DNA of 64,000 nt, taken from a bacterium (GTDB lineage Bacteria; Bdellovibrionota_C; UBA2361; CALJRW01). The position numbers were made by a program, and so were the translations under genes. The notes beneath the pieces are model-generated. The model did no database searches and was not told the origin of the DNA. It saw nothing but the letters and a program-made list of their open reading frames with translations. This document shows positions 40,388 through 51,004 of the stretch, one piece after another. The DNA is taken from the NCBI GenBank assembly GCA_031385045.1, contig JANNBC010000006.1:1-64000 (forward strand), written 5' to 3'. Numbering within the stretch: the first letter of the stretch is position 1; every line of letters begins with the position of its first letter.

Positions 40388-42106
40388 ATGGATAATAATC
40401 AAAGTTTCGCCAAAAATCTTTTTCTTGGAAAAATAACCGAAGAAAATCTTTTTCCTTATCCTAGCTTCTCACCTGAAGAGCAAGAGTTGCTCGGGATGCT
40501 TATAGAATCAATTGATAAATTTTTAGCTGGCAAGGAGGCTATGTTCAAGGAGTTTGATGAAAAAGCTCATCAATCACCAGAATATATTAATAATTTAAAA
40601 GAGCTGGGTCTTTTTGGGTTAATTATCCCAGAAGAATATTCGGGGATTGGCCTTGGAAGTAAGGCTTATTCTCGAACTATTCAACAACTTGGTCGTTACG
40701 ATGCTTCCACAGCACTAACAGTAGGGGCACATTGTTCAATTGGAATGAGAGGCTTATTGCTTTTTGGTAATTCCGAACAAAAGGAAAAATATTTTTCTAA
40801 GTTAGCTACTGGGGAAATGCTAGCAGCTTTTTGTTTGACTGAAGCAGGTGCCGGTTCTGATGCTGCATCTGTTAAGACTACAGCAGTTAAACAAGCTGAT
40901 GGGACTTGGATTTTAAATGGTGAAAAAATTTGGATTACCAACGGACCTTTTGCTGATTTTTTTACTGTATTTGCCAAAACGGAAAGTGGGGAATCTGGCA
41001 AAATGACAGCCTTTTTGGTGGAGAAGGCTTTTGCTGGCGTTACTTCAGGTCCTAAAGAAGACAAGATGGGAATTCGTGGGTCGGCTACTTCTACAATTAC
41101 TTTTAGTAATGTTAGGGTTCCTGCAGCTAACTTGCTGGGTGAAGAAGGTAAGGGTTTTAAGATTGCCATGCATATTCTTAATAGTGGCAGAACAGGTCTT
41201 GGCGGTGGTTGTATTGGAGCGATGAAAAACTGCCTCAAGCTGGCAACAGACCAATCAACTAATCGTAAGCAATTTGGTAAGAAGATTTCAGATTTCATGT
41301 TGATCAAAGAGAAGATTGCCATGATGACAGTCGATTGCTTTGTAACTGAGAGTTTAGTGAACTTTGTAGCTCATTTAAGTGACTCTGGTGTTCATGATTA
41401 TTCAATTGAAGCCGCCGCAAGTAAGATCTTTGCTACAGAAGCAATGTGGCGAGTAATTGATGAAGCTTTGCAGATTGCTGGTGGTAACGGTTTCATGAAA
41501 GAATACCCTTACGAAAGAATAGTTCGAGACTCTCGAATTAATCGGATTTTTGAGGGTACGAACGAAATCCTTCGTTTGTATATTGCCCTAACTGGATTTG
41601 ATACTGTTGGTCAAAAATTAAAAAGTGTTTCTAATCTGTTTGACGATCCAATTAAAGGTTTTGGAATTTTGAAATCTTATGCTGCTGATAAAGTTGCTCA
41701 AGTAACTGGTGTTGGTGTTAGTGAGCTGAATGTTGCTCCTGAGTTAGTGGAATTTGCTGAGATTTATACTGATTACGCACTTGCTTTGGCTAGAAGCTCG
41801 GAAGCATTGGTTAAAGAGTATCGTAAGGACATAATTGGTAAGCAGTTAATGAGTAAACGAGTTGCCAATGTTACGATCGATCTACTCGCTGGTTTGGCAA
41901 CACTATCTCGAGTTAATTCCATGATTAAAGCTAAAGGGGCAGAGGATTGCCATCAGGAAATCATGATCGTTGATCTTTTCACTCAATCGGCCAAGCGTCG
42001 AATGAATCAGTCGCTAAGAAGACTTGATAAAAATGAAGATCTGGAAATTCAATTACTTGCGGATGCCGTTCTGGAGCATGGGGCATATAAGTGGGATTTG
42101 TTTTAA
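40388..42106 (+). CDS. Acyl-CoA dehydrogenase (long, VLCAD/ACAD9-like)
   Basis: FCLTE..AGSD, LNGEKIWITNG, KMGIRGS, R.QFG, QIAGG.G, RIFEGTNEILR plus C-terminal extension. Confidence 0.93.
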   Translation: MDNNQSFAKNLFLGKITEENLFPYPSFSPEEQELLGMLIESIDKFLAGKEAMFKEFDEKAHQSPEYINNLKELGLFGLIIPEEYSGIGLGSKAYSRTIQQLGRYDASTALTVGAHCSIGMRGLLLFGNSEQKEKYFSKLATGEMLAAFCLTEAGAGSDAASVKTTAVKQADGTWILNGEKIWITNGPFADFFTVFAKTESGESGKMTAFLVEKAFAGVTSGPKEDKMGIRGSATSTITFSNVRVPAANLLGEEGKGFKIAMHILNSGRTGLGGGCIGAMKNCLKLATDQSTNRKQFGKKISDFMLIKEKIAMMTVDCFVTESLVNFVAHLSDSGVHDYSIEAAASKIFATEAMWRVIDEALQIAGGNGFMKEYPYERIVRDSRINRIFEGTNEILRLYIALTGFDTVGQKLKSVSNLFDDPIKGFGILKSYAADKVAQVTGVGVSELNVAPELVEFAEIYTDYALALARSSEALVKEYRKDIIGKQLMSKRVANVTIDLLAGLATLSRVNSMIKAKGAEDCHQEIMIVDLFTQSAKRRMNQSLRRLDKNEDLEIQLLADAVLEHGAYKWDLF

Positions 42107-42155
42107 GTTACTTGTAATCTCATGTTTTATCTGTTTTTGGTCGAATCAAAGTAGT

Positions 42156-42674
42156 ATGAAAGCATTTTCATTGGTTGAGTTATTAGTTACAACAGCTATT
42201 CTTGGTGTTTTGGCAACTGTCAGCATTGCTAATTATAGCTCTTACAGGGAATCAGCTAATGACGCTGCAACAAGATCTGCTGTTATTAATTCGCGAATTG
42301 CGCTCACTGCGTTTGAAGCAGATAATGTTCGAATCTCCAGCTATTCTGTTATTGCAACATTTAGTGATATTACAGGTTCCTGTTCTGGGAATTCAAATAT
42401 TAATGGGCAAATAGTTGCAGTTAATGATACTAATATCGGTACTTTTATGCCTGGCTACAAACACACAGCTGGCGTCAGGATACGTGCGCAGACAATGTAT
42501 AACATGCCAACTGTTGTTAATTTTAGTTTGATCACAGGTTATAACTGCAAAGGATCTCGTTCCACTCTTACTCCTGCATTTAAGAAATTCTTTGGCAATG
42601 GCCAAGGGTCTCGGGGAGCATTTGAGGTTCCTGCCATTCAAAATAATTTCACGCTTGGTTTAAATTGTTTATAG
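42156..42674 (+). CDS. Type IV pilin / prepilin-type protein
   Basis: MKAFSLVELLVTTAILGVL N-methylation motif at ATG 42156; the upstream extension overlaps the previous gene. Confidence 0.85.
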   Translation: MKAFSLVELLVTTAILGVLATVSIANYSSYRESANDAATRSAVINSRIALTAFEADNVRISSYSVIATFSDITGSCSGNSNINGQIVAVNDTNIGTFMPGYKHTAGVRIRAQTMYNMPTVVNFSLITGYNCKGSRSTLTPAFKKFFGNGQGSRGAFEVPAIQNNFTLGLNCL

Positions 42675-42690
42675 CGGTATTTACTAAATT

Positions 42691-44364
42691 TTAAGCACTA
42701 ACTTCACGTTCAATCTTAGTAAACAAAATCTCCGGTTGATTTAAGATTCGACCATTTGGAATTTGGTCCGAAGCCAAACTCCAAGATATCCCCTTAGAAA
42801 TTTCTTCTTGATTGTATCCATACATGAGTAACATTTTGGCAGAGGTAAACGGTAAGAATGGCTGGAGCATAATAGCAATCATTTGAATGACATTTAAATA
42901 TTCTAAAAGAATAGTTTTTGCTTTTTCTTGATTTGTTTTTAAGACTGTCCAAGGAGCATCCTCTGTAATGCAAGCATTGCCAGCGCGAATAAAGTCAAAT
43001 AATTTCTCTTGAGCCGCTTTGAAATTAAAATTATTAATTTCAGTGGATAGCTCTTTGGAAATATTAGGATTCATTCTCGATAAGAGCTTATTAAGATCTA
43101 ATTCTTGTTCGCAACTAATTTCAGTTCCAAAGTTCTTGATGTAAATACTAAAGATTCGGTTCACTAAATTTCCAAGAGTATTGGCTAACTCCGAATTATG
43201 TTTTTGGATTAAGTCATCTTCGGCAAAGATTGTCCGTGCCTTTTCTGGTGCGATTGATGTTAAGTAAAATCTTAAACTATCTGGGTTATTACCGTCAGCT
43301 AAAAAGTCTTTAATCCAAACTGCGGTTCCTCGTGATTTAGAGATTTTTTCAGCTTCTTCCCCTGGTTTCTTGAAATTTAGGAATTGATTCACAATTACTC
43401 CTTTGGGTAATTGAAAGCTACCCTCGGCCGAAAGCATCGCAATCCAAATTATGCAATGGAAGATTGTATTATCCTCACCAATAAAGTGGAAAATTTCAGT
43501 ATCAGGTGATTTCCACCAATCAACATATTTTTCACCGTCGCTATCGATTGCTTTACAAGAATTAATAGTATTACTGATATAGCCAATTGGTGCATCGAAC
43601 CAAACATACAATACCTTACCTTCCGCATCTGGATCTTCGATCGGTAGAGAAATTCCCCAATCCAAGTCTCTAGTCATCGAACGCTCAACTAGTCCTGTAG
43701 AAATTAAACCATTCACAAAGTTTTTAGTTTGCTCACGAGTAATGGCAGTCTCTAGCCAGTTGCATACCTCTGTTTGAAATTTACTAAGGTCTAAGTACCA
43801 ATGAAAGGTATCTTTGACTTGAGCAGGGAAGTTATTAAGAACGGAATAGGGATCTTTTAGTGTGTCGACATCTAGTACTTTCCCACATTCCTCACATTGA
43901 TCACTATTTTGATTTTTGGCATTACAGTAACCACAAGATCCTTTAACATAACGATCGGGTAGAAACATCTTCGCTTCTGGATCAAAGAATTGCTTGGAGG
44001 ACTTCTTCTTAAAATAGTTTTCCTTGTAAAGCTTTAGGAAGAAATCTTGGGAAGTTTTTGTATGAACGGGGTTCTCCGCAGTGGAGCCGTAGATATCAAA
44101 ATTAATACCCATACCTGAAAAATCAGCTTTTTGAGCTTTATTAAATTTATTAGCAACTGCTTCTGGCTTTATTCCTTCCTTGTCAGCAGTTAGTTTAATT
44201 GGCACTCCATGATCATCAGATCCACAAATGAAGCGAACATTTCGTCCATTAAGTCTTTGAAAGCGAACATAAATATCAGCTGGTAAGTAGCATCCAGCAA
44301 TGTGACCAACGTGAAGATTTCCATTAGAGTATGGTAAGCCACATGTAATTAGAAGGTTTTTCAT
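42691..44364 (-). CDS. metG: Methionine--tRNA ligase (short form, no C-terminal tRNA-binding/dimerisation domain)
   Basis: LPYSNG.LHVGH, GSDDHG, CxxC..CxxC knuckle, YVWFDAPIGYIS, KISKS. Confidence 0.96.
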   Translation of the reverse strand: MKNLLITCGLPYSNGNLHVGHIAGCYLPADIYVRFQRLNGRNVRFICGSDDHGVPIKLTADKEGIKPEAVANKFNKAQKADFSGMGINFDIYGSTAENPVHTKTSQDFFLKLYKENYFKKKSSKQFFDPEAKMFLPDRYVKGSCGYCNAKNQNSDQCEECGKVLDVDTLKDPYSVLNNFPAQVKDTFHWYLDLSKFQTEVCNWLETAITREQTKNFVNGLISTGLVERSMTRDLDWGISLPIEDPDAEGKVLYVWFDAPIGYISNTINSCKAIDSDGEKYVDWWKSPDTEIFHFIGEDNTIFHCIIWIAMLSAEGSFQLPKGVIVNQFLNFKKPGEEAEKISKSRGTAVWIKDFLADGNNPDSLRFYLTSIAPEKARTIFAEDDLIQKHNSELANTLGNLVNRIFSIYIKNFGTEISCEQELDLNKLLSRMNPNISKELSTEINNFNFKAAQEKLFDFIRAGNACITEDAPWTVLKTNQEKAKTILLEYLNVIQMIAIMLQPFLPFTSAKMLLMYGYNQEEISKGISWSLASDQIPNGRILNQPEILFTKIEREVSA

Positions 44365-44592
44365 TGAGTATCAAAATCGATAAATTTTTTGCCCAAGTCT
44401 AAATCATTAAGCCTATTTCATCAATTATCAAAGGTGTAGTTTCTTCCAATCACGGACTACTTAGTAAATAAAGTAAGGTGTTGAATTTTATTGGCATTTA
44501 GGCTTAAATCAGACGGCTTAGGATACTTTGTGGTATTCCTTCAAAGCCATCCAAGTGGGGTGGCTCATAATGTCTTTTGTCTTTACTAAAAT

Positions 44593-46104
44593 ATGCGTCA
44601 AAGAAACGAACAAGAACAACAACGTTTTGATAAATTAACTGCTATTCGACAAGTTCGAAATGCCTACCCAAATGATGTTAAAGTTACTGCTAAATCTACT
44701 ACTATTTTAGCTTTGGAAGATGTGGGTACTCCTGAAACTGCTCCACGCTTTACAATTGCGGGGCGAATTACTCAGCGTCGGATGATGGGAAAAGCGTGTT
44801 TCTTACACTTAATTGATATTGAAGGAAAACTTCAAGTTTACGTACGAAGTGATGATGTTGGCCTAGAGTCCTATGAGGAGTTTAAGGATGTAGACCTTGG
44901 AGATATTATTGAAGTTTCAGGTTATCCATTTGTAACTAAGACAGGAGAGAAGACGCTTTACGCCGAGTCTTGGAGATTATTAACTAAATCATTAATTCCT
45001 CTTCCCGAAAAATGGCATGGACTTAGTGATGTTGATACTCGCTATCGCTATCGTTATGTTGATTTAATTTCTAATCCTGAAGTTCGTGAAGTATTTAAAA
45101 AGCGTTCCGCCATTGTTCGCTATATTCGTAACTTCCTAGATGAACGCGATTACCTAGAAGTGGAAACTCCAATCTTAAGTGATGTCGCTAGTGGTGCAAT
45201 CGCTCGTCCATTTAAAAGTTTTTACAACGCTTTGGATACGGAAGTACACTTGCGAATTGCTCTAGAGTTACCACTTAAGAAATTAGTAGTTGGCGGACTG
45301 GAGAGAGTTTATGAGATTGGAAAGAACTTTAGAAATGAAGGACTTTCTAGGAAACATAATCCCGAGTTTACAATGTTAGAGTTCTATCAAGCTTATGCTA
45401 CATACAACGACTTAATGGATCTAACTGAAGAGTTATTAGTTGGTCTTACAAAGAAAGTTTGTGGAGATAGCACGATTACAGTTGGTGATAAAACTGTTAA
45501 TTTCGAAGGGCCATACTTACGTGTGACGATGAAAGATTCCATTCAGCAATTAGGTGGAGTTTCAAAGGAGTTTAATCTTGACTCGCTAGATGATGTTAAG
45601 AAGGTTGCTGAACAACATAAAATTCACTTATCAAATCCAAACGACTGGGGAGTTTCTATCGAAAATTTATTTGATGAATTAGTAGAAGATAAGATTGTTA
45701 ATCCAACATTTATCACGCAACATCCTTTTGCAATCTCACCATTTGCTCGTCAAAACGATCATGATCCTCGTGTAACCGACCGTTTTGAACTTTTTGTTGC
45801 TGGAATGGAAATTGCTAATGCTTTCTCGGAATTAAATGATCCCGAAGATCAACTAGCGCGACTTCTAAAACAAGCGGCTGATAAAGATGCTGGAAATCAT
45901 GAAGTGGCCGACATGGATGATGATTATATCAAAGCTCTAGAGTACGGATTGCCTCCAACTGCTGGGCAAGGAATTGGGATAGATCGTTTAACAATGTTAT
46001 TAACTAATTCTTCAACTATTCGTGAAGTAATCTTATTCCCACAATTAAAACCACTAGCTAATGGGGAAGAAGAAAGCATGGAAGCAACTAGCGAGGAGCT
46101 TTAG
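44593..46104 (+). CDS. lysS: Lysine--tRNA ligase (class II)
   Basis: LPEKWHGL, R.RYVDL, FRNEG...HNPEFT, YGLPPTAG.GIGIDRL. Confidence 0.97.
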   Translation: MRQRNEQEQQRFDKLTAIRQVRNAYPNDVKVTAKSTTILALEDVGTPETAPRFTIAGRITQRRMMGKACFLHLIDIEGKLQVYVRSDDVGLESYEEFKDVDLGDIIEVSGYPFVTKTGEKTLYAESWRLLTKSLIPLPEKWHGLSDVDTRYRYRYVDLISNPEVREVFKKRSAIVRYIRNFLDERDYLEVETPILSDVASGAIARPFKSFYNALDTEVHLRIALELPLKKLVVGGLERVYEIGKNFRNEGLSRKHNPEFTMLEFYQAYATYNDLMDLTEELLVGLTKKVCGDSTITVGDKTVNFEGPYLRVTMKDSIQQLGGVSKEFNLDSLDDVKKVAEQHKIHLSNPNDWGVSIENLFDELVEDKIVNPTFITQHPFAISPFARQNDHDPRVTDRFELFVAGMEIANAFSELNDPEDQLARLLKQAADKDAGNHEVADMDDDYIKALEYGLPPTAGQGIGIDRLTMLLTNSSTIREVILFPQLKPLANGEEESMEATSEEL

Positions 46105-46138
46105 TGTTTTTAGCTAAGTATTTTAGAAATTTATTGTA

Positions 46139-47392
46139 ATGAAATTTGTTAAGAAGATTGCAAATCGCTACCTCTGGTCTAGAAAGGGCGAGAACTTTAT
46201 TAATGCTGTTAGCGTTTTTGCTATTCTTGGTGTTGCTTTGGGGGTCGCCGTTCTAAATATTACCATGGCAATCATGACCGGCTTTGAACAGGAACTTCAT
46301 AAAAAGTTAGTTGGTAGTTCGCACATCTTTGTTGGCAATGTCTCTGGGCCAATTACAGATTGGCAAGGGATAGAAGGTAGCTTTCGCTCAATAGATGAGG
46401 TTGAAAATATTGTTCCCTACATTCAGGGACAAGTCATGATTACAGCAGGGCAAAATTCTTTTGGAATGATCTTAAAAGGCTTAGCTGATAATTCTGAAGT
46501 CTTAAAAGATTTTAAGTTAAGTGAAGCAGAGAGCTTTTCAAAACTTTGGAATCAGAATAAAGCGGCAAGTGAATCCACAAGTGAACCCCAGTTACCTAGT
46601 TTACTTTTAGGGGAAGGACTCAAAAAGCGTCTACCAATTTATCAACACCAAGTTATTTCATTACTTTCTCCAAAAGTAATTTCCGGACCTTTTGGTTTAG
46701 CACCGAGACAAAGTAGTTTTAATATCCTAGATTTTTATAGCACTGGGCAGTCAGGCTACGAAGAAAATTTTGCTTATACTAATATCACTACTGCACAGCG
46801 CTTTTTAAGAATGGGTGATGCGGTAAGTGGCTTAGAGATTAGCCTAAAAGATCCTAATCAGGCCCCTCGGATTAAGAATGTAATGATTGAGCTACTTCGG
46901 GAGCAGGGTAATCTAAATTACTATGTTCAAGACTGGACTGAAATTAATGCTGGGTTGTGGGAAGCAATTAGTTTAGAAAAAAGAGCCTATTTTATTATCT
47001 TAATGCTCTTGATTGTTTTAGCAAGCTTCTCGATTGTGACCACACTGATTATGATTGTTCTAGAAAAGCGTAAGGATATTGCTGTAATGCGAACCCTGGG
47101 AGCCAAGGCCAGTACAATTCGTCATATTTTTATTTATATTGGTGGAATGATTGGCTTGTTAGGGACTATTTTAGGATTAGTCCTTGGATTAATCGGAAGT
47201 TTCTTACTACAAGAGTTTGGTTTTCAATTACCTGAGAATGTTTTTCCAACAAATACTTTACCAATTGTAATTGATTTTCAAAACTTTTTAATCGTTGCAG
47301 TGATTGCTTGGTTAATTTGTTTACTAGCAACACTTTATCCAGCTAGACGTGCTAGCCTACTTAGTCCTTGTGATATTTTACGTTATGAATAA
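46139..47392 (+). CDS. lolE: Lipoprotein-releasing ABC transporter permease LolC/E
   Basis: LGVALGV...AIMTGF, EKRKDIAVMRTLGA, TLYPARRA, terminal LRYE. Confidence 0.88.
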   Translation: MKFVKKIANRYLWSRKGENFINAVSVFAILGVALGVAVLNITMAIMTGFEQELHKKLVGSSHIFVGNVSGPITDWQGIEGSFRSIDEVENIVPYIQGQVMITAGQNSFGMILKGLADNSEVLKDFKLSEAESFSKLWNQNKAASESTSEPQLPSLLLGEGLKKRLPIYQHQVISLLSPKVISGPFGLAPRQSSFNILDFYSTGQSGYEENFAYTNITTAQRFLRMGDAVSGLEISLKDPNQAPRIKNVMIELLREQGNLNYYVQDWTEINAGLWEAISLEKRAYFIILMLLIVLASFSIVTTLIMIVLEKRKDIAVMRTLGAKASTIRHIFIYIGGMIGLLGTILGLVLGLIGSFLLQEFGFQLPENVFPTNTLPIVIDFQNFLIVAVIAWLICLLATLYPARRASLLSPCDILRYE

Positions 47393-48069
47393 TGAAAATT
47401 AGATTTGAAAATTTAAACAAGGTTTTCCGTGACGGCCCAAAGGAGCTCTCGGTAATCAATCAATTGAACTTAGAGTTCAATGAGCCAGAGACAATTGCGA
47501 TTGTTGGTAAGTCAGGGATTGGTAAATCAACCTTATTACATTTGCTTGCTGGAATTGAGCGTCCTTCTGCCGGCAATATTTTTGTAGATGATTTAAATCT
47601 AGCTGTCTTGAATGAAAACCAATTAGCAGACTACCGACTAGAGCAGATTGGACTTGTTTTTCAGTTCCATCATCTACTCGGTGAGTTTACAGCACTAGAA
47701 AATGTTTCCTTACCACTTTTAATCAAAGGTTTTTCGGAAAAGGAATCTGAACAGCAAGCCTTAGAGTACTTAGATTTAGTTGGACTAAAAGATCGGGTGG
47801 GGCATCGTCCTGGTGAGCTTTCTGGTGGTGAGCAACAGCGAGTAGCTATTGCCCGAGCACTTGTTCACAAACCAAGAATATTACTAGCCGATGAGCCAAC
47901 TGGAAGTTTGGATTTTGAAACTAGTGAGCAAATTGGTGAGTTGATCTTAAAGATTAGTAAGGAACAAAAGATTTGTTTAATTACTGTAACGCATAGTCTA
48001 GAATTTGCTAAGAAATTTAAAACTGTCTATCAGATGGAAGCAGGGGGTCGGTTGAGTTATGAAAATTAA
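47392..48069 (+). CDS. lolD: Lipoprotein-releasing ABC transporter ATPase
   Basis: GKSGIGKST, FQFHHLL, LSGGEQQR, ADEPTG. Confidence 0.92.
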   Translation: MKIRFENLNKVFRDGPKELSVINQLNLEFNEPETIAIVGKSGIGKSTLLHLLAGIERPSAGNIFVDDLNLAVLNENQLADYRLEQIGLVFQFHHLLGEFTALENVSLPLLIKGFSEKESEQQALEYLDLVGLKDRVGHRPGELSGGEQQRVAIARALVHKPRILLADEPTGSLDFETSEQIGELILKISKEQKICLITVTHSLEFAKKFKTVYQMEAGGRLSYEN

Positions 48070-50332
48070 TAAAATTTATTTTTTTATCTGTCTGTTGTTT
48101 TGTCCATTTTCAATTCTGGCGGAAACATATTCTGTTTCTCAGATTAAGATTGACGGATTACAAAACGTTTCCAAGAAAAAAGCTGAACAGGCTGTGGCTT
48201 TGAAACCTGGGCAGATTACCAGCGAAGAAGTTAATGCCTCACTTAAAAAACTTTATGCAGTTGGTGGAATCGATCAGGTCGTTGTTGATTATACTGGCTC
48301 GACTTTGACTTTTAAAGTTAGTGAATATCCAAGGATTAACAAAGTTTTTATTACTGGTAACAAGGCTACTGACAGTTCTGATATTTCTAAAGTGATTAAT
48401 TTAAAAGATCAGAAAAATTATGATCCCTTATTAACTAAAAGACTCAGTGAAGCGACTGAACTTTATTATCAAACACTTGGTTACTTAGATGCCCATGTTG
48501 ATGTTGAGGCTGAGCAAATTTCTGGTGGTAAGTATGATCTAACTTTTAAGATAAATGAAGGTAAGAAATTTAAAGTTAGTTCCATTGAAATTGTGACTTT
48601 AACAGATCAAGTTAAAACTCAGCCAATCTTGGATAAACTACAAAGTACTAAGTATAAGTGGTGGAGTTCTTGGATAACCGGCAAAGGCCGTCTAAATAAA
48701 GCTTATTTAGAAACCGATCGAACTGTCGTGCTACAAGGGATGCTGGATCAGGGTTATATTAATGCTCAGGTAAATGATGCGGAAGTTCGTCGTGAAGGTG
48801 ATCGATTGAAGGTGCTTTATCGGGTCAACGAGGGAGATCAGTTTCGCTTAGGAACTTACACTGTAAAAGGTGACCTTTTAGACAATTCTGTAGAAAAAAC
48901 TACAGAGGCACTTAACTTAGAAACTGGTGAGATTTTTAACACTTCAAAAATTCGGAACGAGTCCTTAGCTCTCAGTGATAAATTTGGAGACTTTGGTTAT
49001 GCCTTTGCTAACGTAACTCCCGAGAGTAATGTGAATATTGCTGATAAGACTGTAGATCTAGTTTTTAATACTAGCAAAGGTCGTCCAGTAAAAGTTAATG
49101 AAATTAAAATTACAGGAAATAACAAGACATATGACAATGTTATTCGCCGTGAAATTAGAGTACAAGAACAGCAGATTTTCAATAAAACAAAAGTAAATCG
49201 AAGTGAAGCATTACTGAAGCGAACAGGCTATTTTGAGGAAGTGACAATTACTCCGGAGAATATTCCTAATAAAGATGCTGAAATTGATTTAAATGTTAAT
49301 GTGAAAGAAGGATCTACGGGTTCATTTAGTATCGGTGGAGGTTTCTCGAGTTCTGATGGTGCATTATTTAATACTAGACTAACAGAAAATAACTTCCTAG
49401 GAACAGGTCGACGTTTTGTTGCCAATGCTGATATTGGACAGCGTAGTGAAAATCTTTATGTCTCACTAGATGATCCTAGAATTGCTGATACATTCTGGAA
49501 AGGCGGAGTTCAAGCTTTTAAACGGGAATTAGATTTTCGTGATTTTAATCGTAATACTGCTGGTGGTGCAGTTTCTGTTGGGTATCCACTGGAAGAGATT
49601 TTTTCTACATGGGCTCAAGATATTAACTTTTCGACCCAGTACCAATATATCAATATTGAAATTGATCATGTAGATCCAACCAATGCGGCACCATTAGTTA
49701 TTAACTCTGTTGGTAAAAGTACGGCATCAAGTATTACTCCTAAGTTAGTTCGTAATACAATTGATAACCCATTTAATCCAACTACTGGATCTCGCCAAAC
49801 GCTCTCAGTTGAGACTGCTGGTTTTGGTGGAACGGAAGAGTTCTACTTGGCAGAAGTGGCGAATGAGTATTTTGTTCCTTTATTTGATACTGAGTTTGAT
49901 AAGATAGTTTTCTCTTGGAGATTTAATCTTGGTTATGGAGATACGTTTAATGATAAACCTTTTCCACTATTTAAAAGATATTTTCCTGGAGGCATCAACT
50001 CTGTACGTGGTTTTAGAGAAAGAACCTTGGGACCAGAAGATGCTAATGGTAATGAGTATGGTGGTAATAAGCAGTTAGTTAATAACTTAGAGATGATCTT
50101 TCCATTAGTTAGTTCTGCAAATCTTCGTGGTCTAGTTTTCTTTGATGCGGGTGATAGTTTTGATGATAATCAAAATATTAGTGTTGCAGATCTTCGCCAG
50201 TCAGTAGGAGTTGGCTTTCGTTGGATTTCACCACTTGGGCCATTAAACATTGCCTTAGGACACCCACTTGATCGCCAAGGTGACGAAGGAAGCTTAGTTA
50301 CATTGTTTTCATTTGGTGGTGTAATTAATTAA
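48059..50332 (+). CDS. bamA: Outer membrane protein assembly factor BamA
   Basis: POTRA repeats (GN.KT.D.VIRRE), SVRGF loop, C-terminal beta-barrel. Confidence 0.95.
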   Translation: MKINKIYFFICLLFCPFSILAETYSVSQIKIDGLQNVSKKKAEQAVALKPGQITSEEVNASLKKLYAVGGIDQVVVDYTGSTLTFKVSEYPRINKVFITGNKATDSSDISKVINLKDQKNYDPLLTKRLSEATELYYQTLGYLDAHVDVEAEQISGGKYDLTFKINEGKKFKVSSIEIVTLTDQVKTQPILDKLQSTKYKWWSSWITGKGRLNKAYLETDRTVVLQGMLDQGYINAQVNDAEVRREGDRLKVLYRVNEGDQFRLGTYTVKGDLLDNSVEKTTEALNLETGEIFNTSKIRNESLALSDKFGDFGYAFANVTPESNVNIADKTVDLVFNTSKGRPVKVNEIKITGNNKTYDNVIRREIRVQEQQIFNKTKVNRSEALLKRTGYFEEVTITPENIPNKDAEIDLNVNVKEGSTGSFSIGGGFSSSDGALFNTRLTENNFLGTGRRFVANADIGQRSENLYVSLDDPRIADTFWKGGVQAFKRELDFRDFNRNTAGGAVSVGYPLEEIFSTWAQDINFSTQYQYINIEIDHVDPTNAAPLVINSVGKSTASSITPKLVRNTIDNPFNPTTGSRQTLSVETAGFGGTEEFYLAEVANEYFVPLFDTEFDKIVFSWRFNLGYGDTFNDKPFPLFKRYFPGGINSVRGFRERTLGPEDANGNEYGGNKQLVNNLEMIFPLVSSANLRGLVFFDAGDSFDDNQNISVADLRQSVGVGFRWISPLGPLNIALGHPLDRQGDEGSLVTLFSFGGVIN

Positions 50333-50360
50333 GAGATCCCTTGTTTTCTTTAAATCCTAC

Positions 50361-50389
50361 CTGAGGACTGCACTGGATGCGGTCCTCAG
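50361..50389 (+). terminator. Hairpin after bamA
   Basis: ctgaggactgca-ctgga-tgcggtcctcag. Confidence 0.55.
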
Positions 50390-50420
50390 CTAATCTGCGA
50401 CTTACACTCCTCCGCCTTGC

Positions 50421-50449
50421 TTGATAATCCTGTTAAAAATAGCTATAAA
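50421..50449 (+). promoter_or_regulatory. Possible sigma70 promoter for skp-fabZ-lpxA-lpxI
   Basis: TTGATA-N17-TATAAA. Confidence 0.4.
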
Positions 50450-50480
50450 TCAACGATAATTTCTTATTCTAAAGGTACCA

Positions 50481-50987
50481 ATGATTAAATTTATAATGTT
50501 AGTTTTAACATTAATTCTTACAAATATTGCCATTGCTGACATCTATGTAGTGGATGTTGAGCGTGTGATTTCAGAATCTGATGCTGGAAAGTCTGCAAAA
50601 AAGGCCTTAGAGGGTAAATTCTCTGCTACCAAAAAGAGTCTGGAAGCACAGCGCGATAAGTTACAAGCACTGCAAGGTGAGATTAAGCAACAGTCTGCTG
50701 TTCTATCACAAGAAGCCATGCAAAAAAAGATTGTTAGCTACCGGGATGAGGAACAGTCTGCTGCCAAAGCTTTTCAAGACTATCAACAAGCTTATACTAA
50801 GGATAATAACGACAAAGTTTCTAAGATTGTTGCCGAAGTTCGTAAGATTTTGGAAGTCTTAGCTAAGGAGAAGAAAGCTCCAATGATTTTGGAGAAAACA
50901 CCACAGGTAGTTCTCTACGTCTCTGATGATTTAGATTTAACAAGCGAAGTGCTAACTCGTCTTAACAAATCAAGCATTAAATTTTAG
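50481..50987 (+). CDS. skp: Periplasmic chaperone Skp/OmpH
   Basis: Signal peptide, I.VVDVERV, coiled coil, DLTSEV; located after bamA. Confidence 0.88.
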   Translation: MIKFIMLVLTLILTNIAIADIYVVDVERVISESDAGKSAKKALEGKFSATKKSLEAQRDKLQALQGEIKQQSAVLSQEAMQKKIVSYRDEEQSAAKAFQDYQQAYTKDNNDKVSKIVAEVRKILEVLAKEKKAPMILEKTPQVVLYVSDDLDLTSEVLTRLNKSSIKF

Positions 50988-51004
50988 TAATCTTAGATTT
51001 AACA

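Noticed and set aside
40696..41322. 208-aa antisense ORF, and similar ones at 7134, 8361, 20793, 35806 and 52651
   Set aside because: They lie fully antisense to well-conserved genes and have no motifs; typical shadow ORFs
42024..42155. N-terminal extension of the pilin ORF
   Set aside because: It overlaps the acyl-CoA dehydrogenase; the prepilin motif indicates the ATG at 42156
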